The notes under the pieces are model-generated. The model saw only the letters and a program-made list of their open reading frames with translations. It did no database searches and was not told where the DNA came from. The translations under genes and the position numbers were made by a program. A DNA stretch of 64,000 bases from positions 168,241 to 232,240 of the forward strand of contig JBASWP010000001.1 in the NCBI GenBank assembly GCA_049276535.1, in the 5' to 3' direction. The DNA is from Candidatus Microsaccharimonas sp. GTDB lineage: Bacteria; Patescibacteriota; Saccharimonadia; Saccharimonadales; Saccharimonadaceae. Below are positions 27,998 through 37,246 of the stretch, in pieces; position 1 is the stretch's first letter, and each line of letters opens with the position of its first letter.

Positions 27998-29269
27998 ATG
28001 TCAGAACTGCTCACTCTCACACCAGAACGACCATTCAACCTAAGTGAAGGGCTTGATTTCTACAAGCCGACTATGGGACAGGTTGCCCTCGAGAACTACC
28101 CCGATGCCGAGGTCACCTTTACAATGAAGAACCGTTCTGAACGATTGTTGAGCGAATTTGTGAGTGTTGATGAGCTTAACGCGCGATTCGAGGCAATCCG
28201 AGACCAAGGATTTACTCCTGAAGAAATTGCCTACTATGCCGGTTTGACCGCCCAAGATGGTTCGGCGCGATTTGACGAACCCTACCTCGATTTCCTCGCT
28301 GACCTTCGCCTCCCCCCTGTCAATGTTGGTATTAACCCTGAAACCAAAGACCTCGCGATTTCAACGACTGGCCCTTGGGCAGCGGTCAGTCTGTGGGAAA
28401 CGGTGGTTATGAGTGAAGTTAACGAACAATACTACGCCAACCTGATTGAGGCACGTGGCCTTAGTATGGAAGAAGTATGGGCAGAGGGCGATCGTCGACT
28501 CGACGAAAAAATCGCTCGACTCAAAGAACGCCCTGATATTAAATTTGCCGACTTTGGTACTCGCCGTCGCTTTAGCGCTGCTTGGCATCAACACGTCGTT
28601 GAACGATTCGCGAATGAACTTCCTGATAACTTCGTTGGCACCAGCAACCCCTACTACGCTCACAAGTTTGGTCTAAAACCAATTGGTACCTACGCCCACG
28701 AAATGCCTATGGTATACGCGGCGATAGAAGACGCCAAAAGTGGTCAACCCCTACTGGGTCACCGCAAGATGATGAAAGACTGGTTTAATCGTTATGGTAA
28801 GGATCTCTCGATTGGCTTGACTGACACCTTCGGTAGTGACTTCTTCTTTGCGGACTTCTCACAACAAGACGCAGCAGAGTGGAATGGCCTCCGCCATGAT
28901 TCAGGTAATCCGATCGACTTTGGCGAAAAAACTATCGACTTTTATATCGACAATGACATCGACCCTGAAAAAAAGACGATCGTCTTTAGTGATGGACTTA
29001 ACGTCGATAAAATGATTATATTGGCTGATCAGTTCAACGGTCGTATCAACGTCCTTGACGGTGTGGGCACTGACTTTACAAACGACATGGGACTTCCCGT
29101 TAATAATTTCGTCATGAAAGCGACTCACGCTGGCGAAAAAGACACGGTGAAGATCAGTGACGACGAAGGCAAACACACCGGTCCGATTGATATCGTTAAA
29201 CGATACCAGACCGATGCTGCCCGAGTTGTCATGCTAGCCGAAGCAATGAAAGACGGAGCCTACGTATGA
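27998..29269 (+). CDS. pncB: Nicotinate phosphoribosyltransferase
   Basis: 'LDFYKPTMGQV' (DxYKxTM hallmark). Length 423 aa and conserved 'FGTRRR' / 'HEMP' regions. Confidence 0.7.
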   Translation: MSELLTLTPERPFNLSEGLDFYKPTMGQVALENYPDAEVTFTMKNRSERLLSEFVSVDELNARFEAIRDQGFTPEEIAYYAGLTAQDGSARFDEPYLDFLADLRLPPVNVGINPETKDLAISTTGPWAAVSLWETVVMSEVNEQYYANLIEARGLSMEEVWAEGDRRLDEKIARLKERPDIKFADFGTRRRFSAAWHQHVVERFANELPDNFVGTSNPYYAHKFGLKPIGTYAHEMPMVYAAIEDAKSGQPLLGHRKMMKDWFNRYGKDLSIGLTDTFGSDFFFADFSQQDAAEWNGLRHDSGNPIDFGEKTIDFYIDNDIDPEKKTIVFSDGLNVDKMIILADQFNGRINVLDGVGTDFTNDMGLPVNNFVMKATHAGEKDTVKISDDEGKHTGPIDIVKRYQTDAARVVMLAEAMKDGAYV

Positions 29270-30933
29270 ACACGCAACTATTTGAAGCAACCCGCCGCGT
29301 TATAACCAGCGGTGAAGTCTACCGCGGTTATCCTACGACGCGCCTGACGCTCGACAAGGATAGCTTTTCCAGCGATACCCTACCAGAACTACCAAACGGG
29401 CCGTGGACAATGAATAACACTCCCCTCCCTACTGTCGAGGAATCAAAAAAATTTCTGGATGCAGGCTACAAGATTGATTCAGATGGCCGACCGCTTCATC
29501 CTTGGATTAATAGCATGATCACCGATCCTGAAGTAGGAATGGTCACCGGCAAGGGTACATACTATTTCTGGGGCCCAAATTATACGGCTGATCCTATCGT
29601 TATTACCAGCGAAGCCGTCCCCCGCGTGCTACTTATCCAACGAAGCGATACACCTCTAGGTCCTGACGGCAAACCAGTTGAACCCGTCTGGGCAATCCCT
29701 GGAGGATTTGTCGACGACGGCGAAGACCCCGAAGACAGTGCTCGTCGCGAACTGGGTGAAGAAACCGGACGCAACATAACCGAACCAGCAACGCTTCTTT
29801 ATCGAGGCGTAGTGGCCGACCTACGAACTACCGCGAACTCTTGGGCTGAAACATCTGCGTATACGTTTGTTGTTGATAAACCCTTCCCTGTCGTTGCTGG
29901 TGATGACGCCGACGACGCCTGCTGGTTTACCGAAGAAGAGTTAGCAGGAATAAAAATGCATGGATCACATGAGGTACTTGTTCGTATGGCATTTCATCCC
30001 GAGGGCGATACCACTATTCGTGATATCCTCGCCCTTCCGAAAGAATCTTTAGAAACCACCGTTATTGATGCGGGGCACATGGCCTATGATCATCGTTATG
30101 TTTCCGACGGTTCGACCCGTCTATTTGTCAAAGCACATGATGCATCTCGATTCACCGATCCAGAACGCGAAAAGCACTCTCGTCGCTATCTAAGAAAAGA
30201 ATTCTTCCTGTTCGGTCATGCCGCAAAGCAAGGGTTTACTGCCATCCCAAAACGTGTCGACTTGATTGATGACTCTATCCTAGCAATGGATGCATTTCAT
30301 CCTGATGATGGTTACTTATGGGATGCTCCTTACGACGAGCGCTTTAAACAATATTGCGAAGACATTATTGCTAAACTTGACCACCTGCAATCAATCGAAG
30401 CACCCGTTAATCCTGAATATCATGAAGATATAAAAGATACCTATACCACCTTCTGGGAAGAAGGCTGGGATGCCATTGATAATGCTTCGATGACGGCTAT
30501 TACTGATAAAATCCACCTATTATCAGCGAACTGGACAAATGACCAGAAATCCCTCGCCAGCGACCTTGCGAATTTCTTGCCACAGCTTCGAGGCACCGCG
30601 TCTCAACTTGATCGAGATGTTCCGTTATACATGGCACATAACGACGCACGTCAATCAAACATTGCTTGGCATCCCGACCAAGGAGTTAAATTGGTTGACT
30701 GGAGCTGGGGTGACGTTGCGCCAAAAGACGCTGATATCACTATGTTCCTAATTGACCTGGCAAAGTCTGGCCATGACGTATCGAAATATGCCGATCGCAT
30801 TAATCGCGATCAAGCCCTCGTCTACCTCGGTTTCTTGGTAGCACATAGCATCTGGGAAACCCGTGACGGTAGCCAAACAGTTCGTGAACACCAAGTCGCG
30901 GCCGCGGCGGCAGCGTTTTCGTTGATTCGATAA
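29266..30933 (+). CDS. Fusion protein: Nudix hydrolase + aminoglycoside-phosphotransferase-like (APH/ChoK-fold) kinase domain
   Basis: Nudix box 'GGFVDDGEDPEDSARRELGEETG' in the N-terminal half. C-terminal half has 'HNDARQSNIAWH...VDWSWGD' (Brenner HxDxxxxN ... D motif). Overlaps pncB by 4 nt. Confidence 0.55.
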   Translation: MNTQLFEATRRVITSGEVYRGYPTTRLTLDKDSFSSDTLPELPNGPWTMNNTPLPTVEESKKFLDAGYKIDSDGRPLHPWINSMITDPEVGMVTGKGTYYFWGPNYTADPIVITSEAVPRVLLIQRSDTPLGPDGKPVEPVWAIPGGFVDDGEDPEDSARRELGEETGRNITEPATLLYRGVVADLRTTANSWAETSAYTFVVDKPFPVVAGDDADDACWFTEEELAGIKMHGSHEVLVRMAFHPEGDTTIRDILALPKESLETTVIDAGHMAYDHRYVSDGSTRLFVKAHDASRFTDPEREKHSRRYLRKEFFLFGHAAKQGFTAIPKRVDLIDDSILAMDAFHPDDGYLWDAPYDERFKQYCEDIIAKLDHLQSIEAPVNPEYHEDIKDTYTTFWEEGWDAIDNASMTAITDKIHLLSANWTNDQKSLASDLANFLPQLRGTASQLDRDVPLYMAHNDARQSNIAWHPDQGVKLVDWSWGDVAPKDADITMFLIDLAKSGHDVSKYADRINRDQALVYLGFLVAHSIWETRDGSQTVREHQVAAAAAAFSLIR

Positions 30934-30949
30934 ATTCATTTATATTTTG

Positions 30950-30986
30950 GGAATTGAAAAGCCCCAGGGCTTATCAGATGCCTGGG
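30950..30986 (-). terminator. Intrinsic terminator for the flotillin-like gene
   Basis: Hairpin gccccagg/cctggggc followed on the minus strand by TTTTCAATT. A second hairpin ggggtacgt/acgtacccc at about 31033-31066 sits right after the stop. Confidence 0.5.
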
Positions 30987-31081
30987 GCGATTCGCGTACG
31001 TGACCATCGTCTCAATACAATTGTAGAGACGGTGCCGGGGTACGTCAGCGCGAGCCAACGTACCCCAGCCTCATCATGCGA

Positions 31082-32920
31082 CTACTTCTTGTCCCGCTTG
31101 CCCGGACGGACCGCGTCCCGGATGTCCCGGGCGTGGCCGAGGATCTCCGGTGCGGCCTCGGCGGCAGCCTGCAGGCCCGCGATGGCGTCATCCGCGAACG
31201 ATCCCTCGGAACCGGGCTCGACGACAGAGTCGACGGCCGGAACCACGGGTTCGGCGGGCTCCGCCAGAGCGGCAGCGGTTGCAGCGGCCGCGACGGCCGC
31301 AGTTCCCACTCTGGAGCTGGGGGACTTGGCCGAAGCCGCATCTCCCGACACCACCGGAGCCGGAACCTGCGACTGGGTCGCGGGCTCGGGCTCATCCGCA
31401 GCCGGCTTGGAAGCCGGCTGGTTGCGCAGACCGAGAGGAACGCCTCCACCTGCCTGCTCACCGCGGAGTCCCGCGACGAGCGAACCGAGCATGGCCCCCA
31501 GAGGGGCACCGCCGAGCAGCTGAGACTGCAGGTCACCCTGCTGCATCAGCTTGGGCAGGTCGCCGAGGAAGTCGGACAGCACGTTGCCGCCGCCTTCCCG
31601 AGAACCCGCACCCATGTCGACGATCGTGACCTTCTCGCCGATGTTGCCGACGACCTTGGCGGTCTCGGTGGCGATGGTGACACGCATGTTGCTCTCGATC
31701 TCGGCGATGCGGACCTGGAGGTTCGCACCGTCGTTGGCCGCGAGCGCTTCCGCCATCAGGCGTTCGCGCTCGGCCTCGGCCTTACCGAGTGCGAGGATCG
31801 CAGCGGCTTCGGCCTCACCCTTCGCCTGAGTGGCGTCGGCTTCGGCACGACCACGCGCACGGACCTGCTCGGCCTCGGCGTTGGTGGTGATACCGATGGC
31901 GTCAGCCTTACCCTTCGCCTCGATCGTCACCGCCTCGGCCGCAGCCGACGCTTGGGTCCTGGCGACCGTACCGGCCGCCTGTGCGTCGATCTCGCTCTTG
32001 CGAGCCGAGGACTCCGCCTCGATCTCGAGCGTCTTGCGAGCGGTCTCGGCCTGAGTAACCGCCACCTCCTGTTGGGCGGTGGCGGCGGCCTTCTCCTGCT
32101 GCGCACGAACGACAGTGACCTGGCCCTGTGCAGCTGCGGTCTCCTGGTCGAACTCCGCCTGGCGGAGCGCGACATCGCGATCCTTCTCGGCGACGACCAG
32201 CTTCTTGTCGAGCATGGCCGTCTCCGAGACCTGCTCGGATTCGGCCTTCGCCACGTTGATCGCCTTCTCGGCCGCAGCCGTGAGGACCGCGGCACTGCGC
32301 CGCTTCTCCTCGCGGTCTTCGGCCGCCGAGTTGCTGTAGTACTCGTTCCGGTCGCTGACCTCGGCGATGTTCAGCGAGACCAGCTGGAAGCCCAGGTCCA
32401 GCATCTTCGGCGCGACGTTCGTCGTGACCTGGCTGCTGAACTCGTCCTTCTTGGTGAGCACGTCATCCGGCGTCATCGTCGCGACGACCTGACGAATCTC
32501 TCCGTCAAGCGTCAGCTTGAGCGACTTGACGGTGTCGTCGAAGCCGCCACCGATGTAGCCGACGATGGCCTTCTCGAGCGCGCCGTCGGTCTTCGTGTCG
32601 GGACGGATCTGGGCGGTCCACTTGACGACGATCGGCACCTTGGTGCTGGTCTGCGTCTCGTAGTCGTCCGACTGGATCGTCATGTTGCCCAGCGGGAACC
32701 GCTCGCTCTTGCGAAGGAACGAGACGTAGGCGCCGCCGGACTTGATGATCCGAGGGCCCTTCTTCCCGCCGGTAATCACCAGCGCCTCGTCGGCATCGGT
32801 GATCCGATAGCCGATCTTGAAGACGATGAATCCGACGGCGACGACCACGAGGACGCCGATGACACCCACGATGATCGCGGGTCCTTCGAGCAGGCTCTGC
32901 AGCCACGCGAAGATGTCCAT
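31082..32920 (-). CDS. Flotillin-like SPFH/band-7 protein with long Ala/Glu-rich coiled coil, island C
   Basis: N-terminal TM then an SPFH-like region ('VITGGKKGPRIIKSGGAYVSF', 'VPIVVKWTAQIRP'). Followed by an EA-rich coiled coil ('AEAEQVRARGRAEADATQAKGEAEAAAILALGKAEAERERL') and a flexible Ala/Pro tail. GC-rich. Confidence 0.65.
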   Translation of the reverse strand: MDIFAWLQSLLEGPAIIVGVIGVLVVVAVGFIVFKIGYRITDADEALVITGGKKGPRIIKSGGAYVSFLRKSERFPLGNMTIQSDDYETQTSTKVPIVVKWTAQIRPDTKTDGALEKAIVGYIGGGFDDTVKSLKLTLDGEIRQVVATMTPDDVLTKKDEFSSQVTTNVAPKMLDLGFQLVSLNIAEVSDRNEYYSNSAAEDREEKRRSAAVLTAAAEKAINVAKAESEQVSETAMLDKKLVVAEKDRDVALRQAEFDQETAAAQGQVTVVRAQQEKAAATAQQEVAVTQAETARKTLEIEAESSARKSEIDAQAAGTVARTQASAAAEAVTIEAKGKADAIGITTNAEAEQVRARGRAEADATQAKGEAEAAAILALGKAEAERERLMAEALAANDGANLQVRIAEIESNMRVTIATETAKVVGNIGEKVTIVDMGAGSREGGGNVLSDFLGDLPKLMQQGDLQSQLLGGAPLGAMLGSLVAGLRGEQAGGGVPLGLRNQPASKPAADEPEPATQSQVPAPVVSGDAASAKSPSSRVGTAAVAAAATAAALAEPAEPVVPAVDSVVEPGSEGSFADDAIAGLQAAAEAAPEILGHARDIRDAVRPGKRDKK

Positions 32921-33177
32921 GTATTTCTCCTTGGGATAGGTGTTGCATGAATGGTGGGATGAACGTAACTAGTTACGTATGTAGTTTCATGATGAATTGT
33001 GATGATCGTTCGTCGCCCACCAGCGAATTTTGCAATTTTACATCTTTTTTCATAAAAAGTCAAGGGTTGAGAGGTGTTAATTTGATAATAACGCGATGTT
33101 AATTAACTTGCAAAAAATACATAAATATGATATATTACCTCTGTTGTTTTACTGGACACTACCGGAAGGCGTAAGAC

Positions 33178-34182
33178 ATGGACCTGTTCATCGGAATTGT
33201 CATCGGCCTCGCCCTCGCGGGCGGCGTCTTTGGCATTGTTGTTCTCATCAAGCGGCGCAACGCTGCCTGGGAGAACAGCTCCACCAGTTCGTCGCGAGAC
33301 GAGCGAGAAGATCGACGTGACACCTCCCGCGAGGATGCCGAGCGGTCGCTCGCCACGCGCGAGGCGGAAGCGAAGAATGCCGCGTATCGTCAGATGCGCG
33401 ACAAGTACGACGCTGCCACCACGCGCGAGGAGTACGTCGCTCTGCAGACCGAGCTCGAGGCCGGACGATCGAAGCTCGCCGAGGCGGACTATGACTCGCT
33501 GGTCAGCCAGATCGAGAGCGAGATCGAAGCGCTGGACGAGGAAGCTCGAGCCCGCGCCGAGATCGAGCCCAAGCTGGCGGCCTTCGCGGCACTGAAGAAC
33601 GTCACGGACAAGGAGGAGCTCTTCACTAAGCTTCACCCCATGTTCGCGACCGACGAAACGCCGGTGATCACCTACGACGAGCTGGAAGAGCACGCCGAAG
33701 AAGGCGACCTCGACTGGCTCGACACCGCCTACGACGAGGCGCTCATCGAGCACCTCAAGGCGTTGTTGATCGCCGCTCGCGAGGGCACGGTCGCCGACTA
33801 CAAGGCGGTCACCAAGCTGTGGGACGAGCTCGAGGACTACAGCAGCAACACGTACGACGACAGGGATGACCTGGTCAGCCAGAACCTCGCAACCGAGTGG
33901 AACGAGATGATCGTCCGCTTCAAGCGCGAGCCTGACTACGACGAGGACCTGTACGGGCTCGACGACCTCGACGAGGACGGTTACAAGGCGATCATCAAGA
34001 AGGCCCGTGAAGACCACGACCTTCTCAGCCTGCGGCTGCTGTTCATCATCGTGAACGAATGGCAGGATTCGGATTTCACGGACCTGCTGGTCGCCAGCTT
34101 CACCGAAGAGCTTCAGGCCCAGCTGGACGCCCAGTACCTCGCCCTCGGGTTCACGCCCAACGAGCAGGAACGAAGCGTTTAG
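33178..34182 (+). CDS. Membrane-anchored, highly acidic coiled-coil protein, function unknown (island C)
   Basis: TM helix 'MDLFIGIVIGLALAGGVFGIVVLI' followed by an acidic region. It diverges from the flotillin gene across an AT-rich promoter region at 32930-33175. Confidence 0.45.
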   Translation: MDLFIGIVIGLALAGGVFGIVVLIKRRNAAWENSSTSSSRDEREDRRDTSREDAERSLATREAEAKNAAYRQMRDKYDAATTREEYVALQTELEAGRSKLAEADYDSLVSQIESEIEALDEEARARAEIEPKLAAFAALKNVTDKEELFTKLHPMFATDETPVITYDELEEHAEEGDLDWLDTAYDEALIEHLKALLIAAREGTVADYKAVTKLWDELEDYSSNTYDDRDDLVSQNLATEWNEMIVRFKREPDYDEDLYGLDDLDEDGYKAIIKKAREDHDLLSLRLLFIIVNEWQDSDFTDLLVASFTEELQAQLDAQYLALGFTPNEQERSV

Positions 34183-34302
34183 CCACGCCGGCTCGAAAAC
34201 AGCAACAACTCGTCGCTAATACCGGCGATACGGAGGGCGGCTCGGGATTTCCCCGGGCTGCCCTCCAGCAACACCCACGCGGGTGTTATTTTATTTCAAA
34301 AA

Positions 34303-34331
34303 TTGACAATAGTATAGATAATTGTTATAAT
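34303..34331 (+). promoter_or_regulatory. Perfect-consensus sigma70 promoter TTGACA-17-TATAAT
   Basis: TTGACA at 34303-34308, a 17-bp spacer, TATAAT at 34326-34331. A GAGGA ribosome-binding site and a GTG start at 34368 follow. Confidence 0.6.
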
Positions 34332-34367
34332 ATACATACTGTTCACGAGACGAGATGAGGAATAATC

Positions 34368-34754
34368 GTGTTGATCCCCAAAGGAGACGGAACGTTCACG
34401 AGCGGACCGTTAGACATCATCCTGATTTACCACAACGTCGAAGCGGACACCTTCCATCCCGCCTTCTACCGCGAGCACGGCATGCCGGGCCCGCCGGAAC
34501 TGGCGAGTGAGCAGGACTTCGTCCGGCTCATGAGTGACAAGCACCACACCGATGGGCTCCCCACCCTCGAAGAGGCTCAGGAGTTCGTTCGAACGACCAT
34601 GCAACCCACGTTCGGGGTGCCTGACCGCAACATCGTCCTCGACCCGCCCTATCCATGGCACGGTCAGATCGGTGATGTGATGATCGTGCAGAACTGGCTG
34701 AAGGTCGGACCTGATGCCACGTTCCGCGAGGTCAACGTCAACGTCACTACATGA
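34368..34754 (+). CDS. Hypothetical protein (island C), GTG start
   Basis: 128-aa GC-rich ORF downstream of a consensus promoter and ribosome-binding site. No recognisable motif. Confidence 0.4.
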   Translation: MLIPKGDGTFTSGPLDIILIYHNVEADTFHPAFYREHGMPGPPELASEQDFVRLMSDKHHTDGLPTLEEAQEFVRTTMQPTFGVPDRNIVLDPPYPWHGQIGDVMIVQNWLKVGPDATFREVNVNVTT

Positions 34755-34832
34755 TCGAAGGTCCACCCTTCGCACCTGGGACACTCTCCCGTGCGGGGGG
34801 TGTTTCAGTTTTTGGCGAAGAAATTATTCTAT

Positions 34833-35813
34833 TTAGGCGTCAATTGCTTGACCAAATAAACTCACTAATTCAGCTCGAACCTCACGGGCACGTCGCTCAA
34901 GATCGTGTTCGGCTTCACTGCCAATAACAAGTGGTGAGCGACAGTAACCGATCGCTTTTTCACCCAAAATAGTGCGCATCATTGCTTTTGTTGGAAGTGG
35001 GTTTGGAGTATCGGCTGATGTCTCGAAGTTATATGAACCTTGCAGAGCAGCATTAATCGATTCTGCCATTTGTCCATCGCCAGTATTGTATGCATCATAC
35101 ATTGCAGCCATTTCACGAGCTGCCCAATGTCCCGCAACCGATATCGCTCCAACTGACCCAACCCGTGCAAGTGCGAGGTTCTTTTCGTCATCACCGCTAT
35201 ACACGACAAAGTCAGACGGTAAATCAGAACGTCGTAGTAATGTCGCAGTCCTGGTTGGATCACCTGCCGCATCTTTCAACCCACGAATATGTGGGAATTT
35301 CTGTGCTAGCTCAACCATCGTATCGTGCTCAATACCACGACCTGTACGAACAGGGATGTCATACATAACAATCGGCAAATCGGTCGCATCAGCAACCTGA
35401 CTGAAATAGTCAATGATGCCACTCTGCGGTGGACGGTTATAGTACGGTGACACGACGAGTAGACCGTTCGCTAACTGATTATCAGTGGCGTATTTCGCTA
35501 ACTCGACCGCTTCCCTTGTGTCATTTGAGCCAGTTCCAGCGAGAATTGGGACATCCACCGCTTCGCGTACAGTCCAAAACAATTCATGTTGTTCTTCGTG
35601 GGTAATAGTAGGGCTTTCACCGGTCGTGCCGGCAACAACCAGACCTTCCGAACCAGTCTGAACCAGATACTGCGCCAGCTTCCCTGCTGCACGCAGATCT
35701 ATGCGGCCATTTTCGGCAAACGGCGTCACCATAGCAGTCATTACCCGACCAAAAGGAGCCTCTTTCATCCGAGGTGCTGCAGGATAACTTTCTGGACTTG
35801 GTCGAAGCGTCAT
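34833..35813 (-). CDS. dapA: 4-hydroxy-tetrahydrodipicolinate synthase
   Basis: 'MVTPFAENGRIDL' ... 'VVAGTTGES' and DapA/NAL-family TIM-barrel motifs. 326 aa, which includes an N-terminal extension. Confidence 0.75.
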   Translation of the reverse strand: MTLRPSPESYPAAPRMKEAPFGRVMTAMVTPFAENGRIDLRAAGKLAQYLVQTGSEGLVVAGTTGESPTITHEEQHELFWTVREAVDVPILAGTGSNDTREAVELAKYATDNQLANGLLVVSPYYNRPPQSGIIDYFSQVADATDLPIVMYDIPVRTGRGIEHDTMVELAQKFPHIRGLKDAAGDPTRTATLLRRSDLPSDFVVYSGDDEKNLALARVGSVGAISVAGHWAAREMAAMYDAYNTGDGQMAESINAALQGSYNFETSADTPNPLPTKAMMRTILGEKAIGYCRSPLVIGSEAEHDLERRAREVRAELVSLFGQAIDA

Positions 35814-35897
35814 TATGGGGGTTTATTATATCTTTAGATAGCTAATTTGCAAGCATAAGCAAATGATGTTCCAATAAGAAATGCTATAATAAACACA

Positions 35898-36374
35898 GTG
35901 AATAAAAAGATATTATTTATTGTCATTGGTCTGCTCGTTTTAATCTCTGCCGCAGTCGCCTATATTCTAATTACCCCGAATAAGGGTACGGTTGCCGAAG
36001 AAATGACTAAAGAGACATCAACCTCGTCGGAAGAAACCACGCCACCTGCACAGACGAACACTCAACCAGGTGTGTATACCGACTACTCCGAAGAAGCTAT
36101 CGCAACTACAAAAGGCACTAAACTGCTCTTTTTCCATGCTTCTTGGTGCCCACAGTGTCGACAGATCGAGGCAAGCATAAAGGCTGACGGAATCCCGACT
36201 GGCGTTACTGTATTCAAGATCGACTACGATTCAAACCAGAAACTTCGGGAACGATATGGTGTTACCTTACAAACAACTTTCGTAAAAATAGATGATGCCG
36301 GTAATAAAATCGCCAGCTATGTCGCTTACGAAGAACCTCAATTCAGCTCGGTTGAACGCGAGCTGCTGCGATGA
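35898..36374 (+). CDS. Membrane-anchored thioredoxin-like protein (WCPQC)
   Basis: N-terminal TM. 'FFHASWCPQCRQ' is a CxxC thioredoxin-fold motif. Forms an operon with ccdA. Confidence 0.65.
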   Translation: MNKKILFIVIGLLVLISAAVAYILITPNKGTVAEEMTKETSTSSEETTPPAQTNTQPGVYTDYSEEAIATTKGTKLLFFHASWCPQCRQIEASIKADGIPTGVTVFKIDYDSNQKLRERYGVTLQTTFVKIDDAGNKIASYVAYEEPQFSSVERELLR

Positions 36375-37114
36375 TTGAGTTATTCATCGTTTCATTCGTC
36401 GCCGGAATTCTGACCGTGCTTGCCCCTTGTATTCTACCCCTGCTCCCGGTGATCATTGGCGGAAGTTCATTGCATCAAAATAACGACAAAAAAGTATCGC
36501 TGAAACACCCATTAGTTATTATCGCCAGTCTTATCGTCTCGATCATCCTTTTTACACTACTTCTTAAAGCGACGACCGCGCTTCTCGGTGTTCCGACAAC
36601 GGTATGGGCGGTCATTTCTGGCGGCATCGTACTATTGTTTGGTATAACCCTGCTCTTCCCTGTCCTATGGGAAAAATTCATGGTCGCCACACGGTTAAAC
36701 CTCCTCGCTAACCGTTTCATGGGTCAATCGCAAGGAAAAAGTGGGATAAAAAAAGACATCCTTCTTGGTGCTGCGCTTGGACCGATTTTTAATAGCTGCA
36801 GCCCAACCTACGCCCTGATCGTTGCTGTTATTCTCCCTGCTTCCTTCGTATCAGGCGTTGGGTACCTGATCGCGTATTGTATTGGCCTGGGCACGATTCT
36901 TTTCTTGATTAGTATCTTTGGTCGCGTGCTGGTAAATAAAATGAAGTGGATGAGCAACCCTCGCGGAGTATTTCAGAAAGTTATCGGCAGCCTATTTATC
37001 ATCGTAGGTATAGCGGTGATCTTCGGGCTGGAAAAGCAAGTGCAGACCTATGTTTTGGAAAACGGCTGGTACGATCCGATTATGCGGATCGAAGAATCTT
37101 TCCAACTGAAGTAG
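36371..37114 (+). CDS. ccdA: Cytochrome-c-biogenesis/DsbD-like thiol-disulfide transporter CcdA
   Basis: 'LAPCILPLLPVIIGG' and a second conserved Cys region 'NSCSPTY'. Polytopic. Overlaps the thioredoxin-like gene by 4 nt. Confidence 0.7.
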   Translation: MIELFIVSFVAGILTVLAPCILPLLPVIIGGSSLHQNNDKKVSLKHPLVIIASLIVSIILFTLLLKATTALLGVPTTVWAVISGGIVLLFGITLLFPVLWEKFMVATRLNLLANRFMGQSQGKSGIKKDILLGAALGPIFNSCSPTYALIVAVILPASFVSGVGYLIAYCIGLGTILFLISIFGRVLVNKMKWMSNPRGVFQKVIGSLFIIVGIAVIFGLEKQVQTYVLENGWYDPIMRIEESFQLK

Positions 37115-37246
37115 AGGTAATATCGAGCGTTACTACCCAAGAAGCATTCAAAAGTTATATGAAATACGCACTCTATCAAGGAACTAAGTTTGAAAAGGCA
37201 CAACTAGTACGGAATGTCACTTTGGGCCTAAAGTTGCACGACAGGA

